Shown here: in pieces, positions 47,208 through 57,197 of the stretch
Position numbering within the stretch: position 1 is the first letter of the stretch
How the letters are laid out: each line of letters starts with the position of its first letter
Virus record (IMG/VR): IMGVR_UViG_3300026613_000033
Span: 505 to 64,504 of that record
DNA length: 64,000 nucleotides
Strand: one strand, 5' to 3'
Source of the DNA: a virus
Notes under the pieces: model-generated
The model's database searches: none
Seen by the model: only the letters and a program-made list of their open reading frames with translations
Told to the model about the DNA's origin: nothing
Position numbers and translations under genes: made by a program

Positions 47208-47331
47208 TTATGTGTGTTTTGTTTGATTATTTATGTCCACTATTTGGGCGCATAAATGCAAGTCCGCCACTGAAACGGTATACACTAGCGTAGCTTTAGG
47301 ATGGAAAGATTGAATCCATTATTTGAGATGT

Positions 47332-47356
47332 AAAAAAAGCGCCTTTCGGCGCTTTT
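47332..47356 (-). terminator. Rho-independent terminator
   Basis: Minus strand AAAAGCGCC-GAAA-GGCGCTTTT followed by a U run, right after the stop at 47360. Confidence 0.85.
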
Positions 47357-47359
47357 CTT

Positions 47360-47809
47360 TTATTGGTATTTTTTCATCAGCTTACCCGTCTTAGTAAGCT
47401 TGTCTTGGTAGGCTAATGCGTCCGCCACAAACGCTTCCATTTCTGCGTCATCTTTTGCATTTCTGCGCACTTCCATATCAGCCGATAACGTATGAGAAAA
47501 CTTCCCGTGGAACGTGTAGTAAGTGTTGCCATTAACTTCGCATTCATTAACATCGATGCTCTTAACATTGATGCGAACTCTACCTCTGTCGATACGGATG
47601 AACATACCCACTTCAACGTCTTTGGCTTTCAACGTCAACTTGTCTTCTAAGTATTTTTTAGCGGCGGCTCCGCGTGGGGTAAACTTGTACTTACGGCCAT
47701 GGCAACCATAGCAGACAGTGCCGTCTTTTAAGTTAAAAGAATATTCACCAGTGCCATGACAGCGTGGGCAAGTGATGGTTTCAAAAAGGTCTTTAGCTTG
47801 GTGTTTCAT
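47360..47809 (-). CDS. Early protein with DnaJ-type CxxCxGxG zinc finger
   Basis: CPRCHGTG and CYGCHGRK; GAGGGG RBS; own promoter and terminator. Confidence 0.75.
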   Translation of the reverse strand: MKHQAKDLFETITCPRCHGTGEYSFNLKDGTVCYGCHGRKYKFTPRGAAAKKYLEDKLTLKAKDVEVGMFIRIDRGRVRINVKSIDVNECEVNGNTYYTFHGKFSHTLSADMEVRRNAKDDAEMEAFVADALAYQDKLTKTGKLMKKYQ

Positions 47810-47833
47810 ATATTCCCCTCAGTCGATGTAACC

Positions 47834-47862
47834 ATAATACATAACTAAGGGGATAAATGCAA
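47834..47862 (-). promoter_or_regulatory. Sigma70-type early promoter
   Basis: TTGCAT-17 nt-TATTAT with TG before the -10 and an upstream A tract. Confidence 0.75.
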
Positions 47863-47869
47863 ATGCTTT

Positions 47870-48433
47870 TTACATTTTTGTGTATGAGATGTGGGATTCG
47901 AGTGATTTGATTAAGCTTTTTATCTCACCACGGCTCATATCACGGTCGAGTTCTGGAACATGGACGATTTCTTCGCGATATTCCTTACGCTCTTTTTCGA
48001 TTGCACCCATGATTACACTACAGGGGGCATACAAGTCGGTGTCGTAGTTATCCATGTGACCACGGCGCATGATAGCAATGGCTAAGTTTTTACCATCGTT
48101 GCGAGCGGCGAAGTTGAATGCACGGGATTCGTATAACTCTTCAATGGTTCTAAAGCGTTCACCCATTGCAATACGATTATCAGGATGGTTGATTTTCCCA
48201 CCCTTGTACAGAACTAAGTCCACAATAATGTAAACATGTACCGCATTATTGGCAACAAGATAATGGTAAATGCTGTTATTGATATTGGTACACAACTTTT
48301 TAATCTTACCATTGGTGTTCAATTTCTTTTTGGCACGAGCCATTCGCCAATCGCTAATGCGGGTTGATGCATTCGCCAACTTCACATGATACGGGTTCAC
48401 TTTGGGTAATGGTTTAAGCTTAACTTCCGACAT
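47870..48433 (-). CDS. Hypothetical basic early protein
   Basis: Likely start MSEVK at 48433 after GAGGAG; 187 aa. Confidence 0.7.
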   Translation of the reverse strand: MSEVKLKPLPKVNPYHVKLANASTRISDWRMARAKKKLNTNGKIKKLCTNINNSIYHYLVANNAVHVYIIVDLVLYKGGKINHPDNRIAMGERFRTIEELYESRAFNFAARNDGKNLAIAIMRRGHMDNYDTDLYAPCSVIMGAIEKERKEYREEIVHVPELDRDMSRGEIKSLIKSLESHISYTKM

Positions 48434-48471
48434 GTTCAATCTCCTCTATTGATGGTTTATTTTTCAAACCC

Positions 48472-48500
48472 ACAATAGCAAAAATGGCTGCGTAATGCAA
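48472..48500 (-). promoter_or_regulatory. Sigma70-type early promoter
   Basis: TTGCAT-17 nt-TATTGT with an upstream A tract. Confidence 0.7.
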
Positions 48501-48548
48501 CCATTTTTTAAGCTTTTGTATAAGTGAGAGTGTATGAACTATAAATAC

Positions 48549-48574
48549 AAAAAGTCCTTATAATTCAAGGACTT
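48549..48574 (-). terminator. Terminator of the gp25-gp8 operon
   Basis: AAGTCCTT-7 nt-AAGGACTT followed by Us, overlapping the gp8 stop. Confidence 0.65.
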
Positions 48575-50078
48575 AGAATGCGAAAATAAATGTGAAAACT
48601 TCCATCTGGCCTTCAATACGGTTTAAAGGCTTACGGTTTTCTATCTGCAACACCTCACCAGAATATGGCATGATGTATGGACGTTGAAACTGTTCAATGA
48701 TGTCTGACCTTAATGGTACACCGTCATCGACTTTCAATCTATAGTATTCTCCAACAACTGGATGCTGTGATGGGTCAATGGAACCATCAGGGTATAATGC
48801 GCCAGTCGGGATACACGAAATCAATGTACCGTCTTGGAAGCCTTCAGCCGATGTACCGACACCGACAATTAAAGCCTGCTTACGTTGGCCACTGGCTTCC
48901 GCCGTCACCTTCTCTAAAACAGAATCTTCCGCCACCCCTTCGATACCCGTTCTCACAGTCATCTTATAAGTCATGTCGTAATAATCCGCTTGAGCAACAC
49001 CGCCTGTTCTTTCGTCGATGGGGTTACGCACCAATGAGATTGTACGGAAGTCATTTCGACTCACCGCTCCCTCGTCGTCTGGGGCAAAATATTTACGGCA
49101 ATTCACGACAACGTAGTTCGCGCCCAATTCTTGGGCAACGTCGGTGCCATGTCCTAAGTTAGGGGAAATGTTCGCCACCAATTCAGGTAACACACTATCG
49201 TCATTGGTTGCCACATCAGGTAAACGCACGGTGACACTACCTGAATAACCGCTACCCGCCGCCAACAACTCAATATATTGAACTTGGCCATACTCAACAT
49301 GAGCATTCGCACGGTAGTTCTCTACAGGCTCACTTAGTGTGGTGCCGTTGAAGACCTCTAATTCCCAATCTCCGTCGTTTAAGTTCATACCCTTGTCGAG
49401 TATCGAAGTTGAGTAGATTTCGCCTACAACGCCGTTTATACGCGCATTATTAAGCTGATATGCCTGCGTACCTTCGATAAGGTCGGATAATTGGTCTTCT
49501 GTTGGGTTATCGGGTACTGGCATGAAGTCCTTAGTCAAGAATGAAGACTCTTGGAAAGGGGTTATTGAGTACATGTACTTCCAGATGTAGCCGTCGCCCG
49601 TCGTGAATGGGGTGATGTCTTGTGATTCTGGTGGCACCGTTGACGGTAATGCCAGTCCAGTCTCTGTGTCGATAGGCGTGTAAAGGCATTTGTAAACGTT
49701 GATGAACTTGATGCCGCCGATGGTAGTCTCATACATAACATAGTATGGGGTGTCGTGGCGGACGACATTGATTTGGTTATTGTATGCCGTGTAATACTCA
49801 CCCACTTGCCAATCAATACGGGTCGTACAAAGTGCCGCCGAATTCGGTTCAAGCTTCTTAGCTGTGATGGCATAATCATACACCGCCTTCTTCGCTTGCT
49901 GCGGAATCACCGTAGGGTCTGGAATCACAACGTCATTGTTTGGGTCGTTGTCGATTGGAATTGGATTAGACGTGAATGCATATAAAGATTCATTAGACGA
50001 CATCCCAAGGTTACGGAAGTAATCTAGGAATGCGCGTGATTGAAATAATGCAAAAGATGTTGTCGTTCTTGCCGTCAT
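48573..50078 (-). CDS. gp8: Baseplate wedge gp8
   Basis: LYAF, AKK......R.DW..G..Y, NVYKCL, GDGYIWKYMYSI, DFR.ISLV.NP, YSGEVL.IENR..L.R...Q.E.F..IF.F. Confidence 0.9.
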   Translation of the reverse strand: MTARTTTSFALFQSRAFLDYFRNLGMSSNESLYAFTSNPIPIDNDPNNDVVIPDPTVIPQQAKKAVYDYAITAKKLEPNSAALCTTRIDWQVGEYYTAYNNQINVVRHDTPYYVMYETTIGGIKFINVYKCLYTPIDTETGLALPSTVPPESQDITPFTTGDGYIWKYMYSITPFQESSFLTKDFMPVPDNPTEDQLSDLIEGTQAYQLNNARINGVVGEIYSTSILDKGMNLNDGDWELEVFNGTTLSEPVENYRANAHVEYGQVQYIELLAAGSGYSGSVTVRLPDVATNDDSVLPELVANISPNLGHGTDVAQELGANYVVVNCRKYFAPDDEGAVSRNDFRTISLVRNPIDERTGGVAQADYYDMTYKMTVRTGIEGVAEDSVLEKVTAEASGQRKQALIVGVGTSAEGFQDGTLISCIPTGALYPDGSIDPSQHPVVGEYYRLKVDDGVPLRSDIIEQFQRPYIMPYSGEVLQIENRKPLNRIEGQMEVFTFIFAF

Positions 50079-50111
50079 TGTCTGACCTTTATTTTAATTT
50101 ATTTGGTGTTT

Positions 50112-50119
50112 TATTTATT
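50112..50119 (-). promoter_or_regulatory. Late promoter variant AATAAATA before gp8
   Basis: Intergenic, about 34 nt before the gp8 start. Confidence 0.45.
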
Positions 50120-50134
50120 GACAAAAGCGGACGA

Positions 50135-53100
50135 TTATTCATCGCCCACTTTCTGCCATTTCGCACTGAATGCTTCGTCGCCTGTGAACGTATATAGCTC
50201 CGTTCTATTCGGCACATAAGTGGTGTATGTGAGTGTACCATCAATCGCCTTAATCAAGTCAAAGTCCTTCAATAAGAACACTTGGTTTTGGCGCGGTCTT
50301 TCACGTTGCAATGCTTGGTTTACGCCATCGAATTCAAACACGGATGTGTAGTCTTCTGGGTATACCACCGCTGAGTATTTAACCTTACGTTCATCGTCGA
50401 ATTTTATATACGGTGTGTCCGATATTTCGATTTCAGTCATACGGTTGTACTCGGTCAATACTGGTTCAGACAACTCCGTACCATTGTCGCGATTGATAGT
50501 CGTCGTATCTTCCAATATCACCTTACGGATACCACTGCCATATGAAGACAAGTCGATGTCGTCACCGACCACCCTAGCCGCGTCTGGATTAGCCGTGTAA
50601 TACCAGTTTCTGTAGTCAACACTTTCGGCGGTGTATATCTCCATGGTCGCTTCGTAGTTAGCCATCTTCGCAGGGAAATTAGCCACGGAAGCATCGTACC
50701 AAATTTGGTACTGTGTGTAACCGCCGATAGGCGATGTCATACCCTGTATCACCACCTTACTTTCAGGCAAGTAATACTCATAGATAATCGATGGGTCATT
50801 CGCGTCATAGACAATGCCATCAATGACTTCATAGTCGATACCCGCCTCTTGTAGAATCGCCTTAATGAAGCCTAATGTGTCGTCTTCATAATTGGCCAAA
50901 CGAATGTCATACTCATACTGTGCGTCTAAGTAATCTTCGTACTCTTGTAAGTCTTCGTCGTATTGCGCACGAGCCGCCAAATCAATCTGGTATTGAGCGT
51001 TGGCCGTGTCGAATTCTTCACGCTGAATGTTGTAGTCATTGACGTATTGAATGTAGTCATTCATACGCTTGGTATTAACTAAACGGAACGTGTTGTATTC
51101 TTGTAATAGAGCCGTGTACTCATCATACTCAATCGTCGCTTGGATATACTCGTTGTAGTCATTCAAGTCTTCCAAGTATTGTGCGTATTCGATTTGGTAC
51201 TGATTCCATAGCGACGTTTCATCTGCCCAAACAATGTAAGCTTCTTGGTACGCTTCTTGTGTTGGGTAATCATTTGGGTCAGGTTCAGGACCGGGATTCG
51301 GTACAGGCGTAGGCTCCGTCGGTTCAATCACCATCGTAGGCTGTTGAGCCGTGACACCAACGAAAACCAAATTAGGGTAATCACCCGTGTTCGGTTGCTC
51401 GATGAATACAGGAATAAACAACCATGTGCCCGTGTCGATGTCGCCAGTTTCTGGAATCACTGGGTCGCCATAGAAAGGAACGCCGTTGTTAAGTTCAAAC
51501 GTGTTGAAGTAAGGTTCTAGCGCAAGCAAATAATCCGCTTGTGAATCAACGCCGTTCTCCCACTGGTACACCGCATCACTGATTTCGCCGTTGGCCACAT
51601 CAGGGTCACTGCCGTCTAAGTTCTGATACGTCGGCTGTCCTAATGCCACTGGTTCGATAACGTCCAATACAGGCACTTCTACAAACGCAGGCTCATTCAC
51701 CACCACTGGCGGTTCGTCAATGTACGGTAAGAAGTATGTGTTGTATGGTGCAATCGGGTCAATTGTCAAATCAGGCTGTTCAACCTCAATACCTGCTATA
51801 CCCACGCCCCAATCTTCGGCCTCGTACCAACTGTCGTCTTTATGCTTAGGCTGTGTATCCTCTAAACGCCATCTCGTGCCATCTTGGTTTTCGCTAATGT
51901 CGATGTTCTTTAAACGGTCGCCCACATATCTTGTGTAATAATGACGTACCGATGTCGTATCGGTTTCTTCTTCACGCTGAGTCACATTGATGTTCGTAGG
52001 TGATGACGGGATGGTGTCATCAAATGGAACACCCATTGGCTCATAAGACCACCATGAATCACCGAAGTAACCTTCTGTAATCCATTCTTCATCGCCGGGT
52101 GTGAAATTACCATAGTTGTCGTATGTACCTAAGATTTCATTCAGGTCATCTTGAATACCACCAACCTCTTCGCCTGTTTCTGGGTCGAATTGTAGGTTTA
52201 CACTGTTGTCGATAGAGAAGTCCATTGTACCTTGCTTTAAACCGACTCGTGTCGAAGGCTGCAATGACGATAATGACTCATCTGAGTATGGGTCGTCATC
52301 GACTTCTGTATAAGGCAGTCTATCAGGCGACAAGTTGACTTCAATGGTATCTTGCTTCAACGGATTGACACCACGTTGGTCAGCGGGGAACGCTGAGTTG
52401 ATGTAAACATCTTCTTGCGTGTATACGCCTTTACGCTCTTTGGTGATGTCGATGTAACGTATTGGTGTGTTACCCGCAGGGAAATCTAGCTTCTCACGAC
52501 GCAAGAAATTACCGTCATAGTTGGTGAAACTACCATAAACGAAACGAGCCGCATTCGGCGTTACCGCAGGCGTACCCCAAATACTATGGTTGTGGCGGTA
52601 ATCATATAAATCGTATGAGTGCTTAGCCCAACCTGCATAGTAATAACCCTCGTCAGCCGATGTCGTCGAAGAAACATAACCCGGCTCAAACTCATTATCA
52701 TCATCGCCCGTATAAACATTATTCAAAACGGGTGGCGCACGTTCAGGCACCAATACCCTCGATACCGTTGGTGTTTGCTGATAACGGTTGTATTGGTCAT
52801 CTGGCATGTTGATGAAAATGTCATTCCAGAAGCTGAAATAATCTATCTCATACTCGAAACGCTGTACGTTTGTTTCGTCATTGATTTCTAAGAAAAACGC
52901 AGGCGAATATTGCACGTCGTATTGGTAGTCGATTTTCCAACCACCCGTGTATTCACGGCCTTGCTCATAACGTGGTACAACGTTTAAATCTTCGACACCA
53001 TTTAATACACGGTTGGGGAAAGAGTACGATAATTCTTTGTCGTCATACAAGCCGTCTTGGGCGTACTTGAACGTTTCAGAAATCGTCGTTCTGCCTTCCA

Positions 53101-54895
53101 ATAATTCGTCGTCGAAGGTGCTTACTTCTGACACCACACGGAAACCCGCAGGGTGAACAGCGTCCTTAAATGGAACCATCCAGTCCACCGCCGAATATGG
53201 CGATTTTATGAAGTAGGCATACTCGTGATAAAACTCGGCATCGTGTATTCTGGTACTCGCTGAAGACAACACTTGACGTTCGTTTGAGTTGACAGTTTCT
53301 TCTCTCGAAATTGTACCGTAGTCGAAGCTCGCCGCCGACAATTGAAGTAATTGAAAATCGTAACAAGCACACAACTCTTGAATGATGATACCCGTACTAT
53401 TCTGAGGCACCACGATTCTAAATGGCGTACTGTTCTGATTACCACGGTTTGATAAAAACGTCGGTGTAGGGAAACGTAAACGTCCACCATTAGAAGCCGT
53501 CGCATATGCCGCCACTATCGTCACACGCGCACCACCTTCACTGATTGTATTCACACGACCACCATAGCCTGTGCTTTCCCAACGGTCATTCGCCCATTTC
53601 TGTATCTCTACAACGGGTTTACCTGCAATTAAGGTAGGGTCAGCCACCAAGAAAGAACACATGCTCTTAACATTCACGGTGTCAATAGACAAGGCACTAC
53701 CATTATCGACGCTGCTTAGCTTATTGATACGCCCCGCTTGTGGTAGGATACTGTTGAATTGGAATCCAGTACCATTGGCTGTATTGATGGTTTCGCCGTC
53801 GTCATTGACACGATAGTCTAAAGGTGATGGTGTGTCATTAAACGTCACTGGCGTGGAATCCACACTAAACACCACTGGGTCATATTCTGTGGCGGTGGCC
53901 ACATAGAACTGACTGCCGTTTGCAATAGAAACTCGCACGACACTACCTAGCACTAATTCACCCGTTTCGTCATCATCGACTTGCTCTTGTGTCACTACTT
54001 CATCGGCGTATAAGTGGAATGGAGAAGTGCTTGGTGAGAAGGGGAAATAATCACCCACGTGGTAATCTGTACCGGTGTTAAAAATATTGATTTTGTCTAT
54101 GGCACCACGGCTTGTATTCGACACATTATAAATCGCCGACGAATTCAATGTATCGTGTAATTGTGGGGTCACTTCGATACGGTCATAAACACGGAAACCA
54201 TATGCATCATTGATGTTACCATTGAAGTCAACGACAGTAGAAACGATTGGACTATTCACACGAGTACGTTCGAAAATAAACGTCGCCAAATCACCCACTT
54301 CGGGTATCTTGATAAGACGGTTATTGAACGTCACTTCCACACGATTCTCGAAACGGTTTGCCGCCACAATATCCAGTTTCTGACCAAGGATTTCAATAGA
54401 GCGTAATTCCTCAAAACGACTCACGTTTTGGTACGCACCACTGCTCACATCGATATTCACTTTATTGCGTGATGAAAGGTCTATAGACGACAAGTAAAGT
54501 ACGTCATCTTTTGTGAAATAGACATCAGGGTCGATACCAAACATAAGCTTGAAGAACAGACGGAAACTACCCGACGTACCTTTACGCTCATACATGTTTT
54601 TGGCGCGTTTAACCAAACGTCTTCTATCATCTACACTGCCCACATCCCATTCAGAGGCGAACGCCGCAAACTCGTCAACGAAGTATTCGACAAAACGCTC
54701 ATCAACGTAGTCGATGTCGGCGAAGTCTGGTGAAAGCGCCGTCGTTACATTGTTGTCCAACCATTCATAGTAGACTGTCAAGAAGTCTTCCATGTTGGAA
54801 CCTTCATCTTCAATCCAATCGGGTATTTGCTCTTTGATTAAATGGTATGTTTGAGCGAACCGTGGTCTTCTGATTAAATCGTCGTCATTAAACAT
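50135..54895 (-). CDS. gp7: Baseplate wedge initiator gp7 with large insertion (1586 aa)
   Basis: QIPDWI...FL..YYEWL, Y..KGT..SF...FK..FG, IHD..FY..YAY, VHPAGF; located between gp6 and gp8. Confidence 0.85.
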   Translation of the reverse strand: MFNDDDLIRRPRFAQTYHLIKEQIPDWIEDEGSNMEDFLTVYYEWLDNNVTTALSPDFADIDYVDERFVEYFVDEFAAFASEWDVGSVDDRRRLVKRAKNMYERKGTSGSFRLFFKLMFGIDPDVYFTKDDVLYLSSIDLSSRNKVNIDVSSGAYQNVSRFEELRSIEILGQKLDIVAANRFENRVEVTFNNRLIKIPEVGDLATFIFERTRVNSPIVSTVVDFNGNINDAYGFRVYDRIEVTPQLHDTLNSSAIYNVSNTSRGAIDKINIFNTGTDYHVGDYFPFSPSTSPFHLYADEVVTQEQVDDDETGELVLGSVVRVSIANGSQFYVATATEYDPVVFSVDSTPVTFNDTPSPLDYRVNDDGETINTANGTGFQFNSILPQAGRINKLSSVDNGSALSIDTVNVKSMCSFLVADPTLIAGKPVVEIQKWANDRWESTGYGGRVNTISEGGARVTIVAAYATASNGGRLRFPTPTFLSNRGNQNSTPFRIVVPQNSTGIIIQELCACYDFQLLQLSAASFDYGTISREETVNSNERQVLSSASTRIHDAEFYHEYAYFIKSPYSAVDWMVPFKDAVHPAGFRVVSEVSTFDDELLEGRTTISETFKYAQDGLYDDKELSYSFPNRVLNGVEDLNVVPRYEQGREYTGGWKIDYQYDVQYSPAFFLEINDETNVQRFEYEIDYFSFWNDIFINMPDDQYNRYQQTPTVSRVLVPERAPPVLNNVYTGDDDNEFEPGYVSSTTSADEGYYYAGWAKHSYDLYDYRHNHSIWGTPAVTPNAARFVYGSFTNYDGNFLRREKLDFPAGNTPIRYIDITKERKGVYTQEDVYINSAFPADQRGVNPLKQDTIEVNLSPDRLPYTEVDDDPYSDESLSSLQPSTRVGLKQGTMDFSIDNSVNLQFDPETGEEVGGIQDDLNEILGTYDNYGNFTPGDEEWITEGYFGDSWWSYEPMGVPFDDTIPSSPTNINVTQREEETDTTSVRHYYTRYVGDRLKNIDISENQDGTRWRLEDTQPKHKDDSWYEAEDWGVGIAGIEVEQPDLTIDPIAPYNTYFLPYIDEPPVVVNEPAFVEVPVLDVIEPVALGQPTYQNLDGSDPDVANGEISDAVYQWENGVDSQADYLLALEPYFNTFELNNGVPFYGDPVIPETGDIDTGTWLFIPVFIEQPNTGDYPNLVFVGVTAQQPTMVIEPTEPTPVPNPGPEPDPNDYPTQEAYQEAYIVWADETSLWNQYQIEYAQYLEDLNDYNEYIQATIEYDEYTALLQEYNTFRLVNTKRMNDYIQYVNDYNIQREEFDTANAQYQIDLAARAQYDEDLQEYEDYLDAQYEYDIRLANYEDDTLGFIKAILQEAGIDYEVIDGIVYDANDPSIIYEYYLPESKVVIQGMTSPIGGYTQYQIWYDASVANFPAKMANYEATMEIYTAESVDYRNWYYTANPDAARVVGDDIDLSSYGSGIRKVILEDTTTINRDNGTELSEPVLTEYNRMTEIEISDTPYIKFDDERKVKYSAVVYPEDYTSVFEFDGVNQALQRERPRQNQVFLLKDFDLIKAIDGTLTYTTYVPNRTELYTFTGDEAFSAKWQKVGDE

Positions 54896-56654
54896 CTGTC
54901 TTTATCACCACTACTGAGTTTTTACTTGAAAGCCTAAAGTTTGTTTCTTGTGTAGCTTTAATTATGCCCGAAGCAGGCTGTGCCCTTAACGAGAAGTTAC
55001 TGTTACCATAGCCATTAAATGGTGTGATGCGAATAAAGCCAGTAGAATATTCAATACTGCCTTGCTTTTCGTTTACATACACCTTCACGCCATCTTCTTG
55101 AACGTAATAGCGACGGATATTACCGTAACCGTCATCGTTTAAGAAGTATTCTAGGCCAGTGATAGGGTCACTGATAGACGTAGACAATATTACGCCGTCG
55201 TCGTCCTTAGAATAACCGTCAAAGGGGTGATACAACGGTACGTTGAATTCTAGTTCGGTTTCCACCAAGTCATTGTCGCTGAATACAATCTCTTTATTCA
55301 GACGTACATCGACGGTGATGTTTTTAAGGCCAGTCACCACGGCTTCGATGCTATTGGATAAGTCCATGGTTGAATACTCACGGTCGAAGCCACTGATTGT
55401 GACACCGTAGCTGTCAATAGCCCCTTGTGCCTGTATCTTGGATACGTCCGCTGAGTAGCCTGCTTGTTTAGGGTTGACAATCATTTCGACGACTGGGTAG
55501 ATGTCGATGACGTTGACTGGGGTGAAGATGGTTTTGATTGGGCCTACGTTTTTGGAGCGTAGGAATTGAATAATCGCATCTTGTTGGTCAACGGTGATGT
55601 CTTCGTCGTTTTGGTCAATGGCTGCAAAGAACACGTTACCGAAGTCATTGTCTCTAGTCTCTTCACCGCCCCATACGGCCACCGACTTGACAAACGGGAA
55701 ATTCTTTTCAATCAAGTATTTGTAATCCGCAGGCGTTACCGCACGGTTTGCCGCTGAGAAGTGTAAAGGCGCGTACTTCTTGATTGTCTCTATTGTCTCA
55801 CGCTCACTACCGCCGTATGACTTCTTCACCGCACTCACTTCAATGTCTGCATACCCTTGGATAGGGTTTGATGTGAAATCAGAAAGGCCATTCGCTTCAG
55901 CGAGGTTTTGTGCAACGATGTAGTCGGCGCGTAACTCATTCGACTGAGAATACATCTTACCAAATACGCCATCGCCGAACGTCACTTCATAACGTCCATC
56001 GTAGTTCTCTCTGATAGAAAAGACGTTCGTATTCTCGTCCACTTCTGCGATGTCTATGTCAACATTCATCTGTTGCGAAGCCACGTCATCGACATACACA
56101 TTAAGCGTACTAAGGTCAACACGAGGTGATGAAATCACAAACCCATTATCATACAATGGCGCTTCAATTTCAATGCGTCTGCCTTCGTATACAATGACGT
56201 TTTCGAACACGGCAAAACCTTCACTGTCTGGGTAGGCAATGTAGTCAACGGCTGTGAAAAAATCGAAGCCTGCTTCCGTAAAAAATTTACTGCCTGTCGG
56301 CAGTACGACGAACTCTGGCGTAGTACCATTAAAGCTTAAAATCTTCACCGTCAATTCTGCGCGAGAAGCAATCGATGACGACGGCAAATAACCGCCAAGT
56401 GTGTTACCCGCGCTCACCGCCATTTCACGTTTTTGTGTGGTGCCCAAAAGCATCTCTGCACTGAAGCGGTTTGCGACGAATGCATTCTGAGAAGTGTTGT
56501 ACGCAAGTAAGTCCATCATTAAATTTAATGCACTACCTTCGGCTGTAAAATCCCATTCTGAATAACGGTCAATCCCCTCGTAATGAGCGATAATATTTTC
56601 TTTGTTTTGAATGAAATCAAGATTGTACTTTTTGATATTATCGTCGTTCATCAT
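54888..56654 (-). CDS. gp6: Baseplate wedge gp6
   Basis: LDF...K......, EGSALN..MDLLAYNT, E.IETIK..AP..F.A.NRAVT..DY, VAVWGGEE. Confidence 0.92.
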   Translation of the reverse strand: MMNDDNIKKYNLDFIQNKENIIAHYEGIDRYSEWDFTAEGSALNLMMDLLAYNTSQNAFVANRFSAEMLLGTTQKREMAVSAGNTLGGYLPSSSIASRAELTVKILSFNGTTPEFVVLPTGSKFFTEAGFDFFTAVDYIAYPDSEGFAVFENVIVYEGRRIEIEAPLYDNGFVISSPRVDLSTLNVYVDDVASQQMNVDIDIAEVDENTNVFSIRENYDGRYEVTFGDGVFGKMYSQSNELRADYIVAQNLAEANGLSDFTSNPIQGYADIEVSAVKKSYGGSERETIETIKKYAPLHFSAANRAVTPADYKYLIEKNFPFVKSVAVWGGEETRDNDFGNVFFAAIDQNDEDITVDQQDAIIQFLRSKNVGPIKTIFTPVNVIDIYPVVEMIVNPKQAGYSADVSKIQAQGAIDSYGVTISGFDREYSTMDLSNSIEAVVTGLKNITVDVRLNKEIVFSDNDLVETELEFNVPLYHPFDGYSKDDDGVILSTSISDPITGLEYFLNDDGYGNIRRYYVQEDGVKVYVNEKQGSIEYSTGFIRITPFNGYGNSNFSLRAQPASGIIKATQETNFRLSSKNSVVVIKTDV

Positions 56655-57025
56655 TGAACCCTTTCTAATGTTAAGTTGTATTCTGATTTGATGCCGCCAC
56701 GACGCAATGAATAGCTGATAGCAACATCTAATGTTGTGTTGGTTTGATTCACGGAAACATCAAGCAAGTTGACACGAGGTTCGAACGTTTCTAAGTTGAT
56801 GCGAATTTTCTCGTTTAACCAATTGACACGGAACGGGTCGAAGTTCTCGAATAAAAGGTTGTTGACACCTACGCCCATTTGGTTGACGTTCAACGGTCTG
56901 TCATTGACTGTAGAAAGAATGATGCACTTCATCGCTTGGCGAATGCTTTCTTCATCTTCTTTCACCACTAAGTCGCCCGTCAATGGGTGAAGCTTAAAGC
57001 GGAAATCTATGTCTTTATTAGCCAT
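56651..57025 (-). CDS. gp25: Baseplate wedge gp25
   Basis: DIDF.F..HP.TGDL....DEESIRQAM..IILST..DRP...G.G...LLFE, I...FEPRV. Confidence 0.9.
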   Translation of the reverse strand: MANKDIDFRFKLHPLTGDLVVKEDEESIRQAMKCIILSTVNDRPLNVNQMGVGVNNLLFENFDPFRVNWLNEKIRINLETFEPRVNLLDVSVNQTNTTLDVAISYSLRRGGIKSEYNLTLERVQ

Positions 57026-57062
57026 ACGCTTATTTTTCCAGTAAATTTATTAGGTTGTTCCC

Positions 57063-57088
57063 CTATTTATGGAAAAATGTCAGATTTT
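57063..57088 (-). promoter_or_regulatory. Late promoter CATAAATA (57064..57071) in the second copy of the 26-nt element
   Basis: About 39 nt before the gp25 start; 24/26 identical to 46335..46360. Confidence 0.7.
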
Positions 57089-57146
57089 GGTGGCGGAATT
57101 TATGAAAAGCTCGGTACTTACTGATAAACTACCGATGAAAGGATAC

Positions 57147-57174
57147 AAAAAAGGGCGCTCAAGGCACCCTTTTG
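57147..57174 (-). terminator. Rho-independent terminator
   Basis: GGGTGC/GCGCCC stem with one G-U pair, flanked by A and U runs, after the stop at 57198. Confidence 0.7.
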
Positions 57175-57197
57175 ATTAAATTATGTGGTGGGATGTA

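Noticed and set aside
47360-47809. Possible homing endonuclease, intron or intein in the islands or large genes
   Set aside because: The Cys motifs are DnaJ-type CxxCxGxG; no HNH, GIY-YIG, LAGLIDADG or intein splice motifs were seen.
48540-48547. Perfect T4 TATAAATA on the plus strand, antisense to gp8
   Set aside because: No downstream plus-strand gene; it lies in an AT-rich terminator flank and differs from this phage's own consensus, so it is probably chance.
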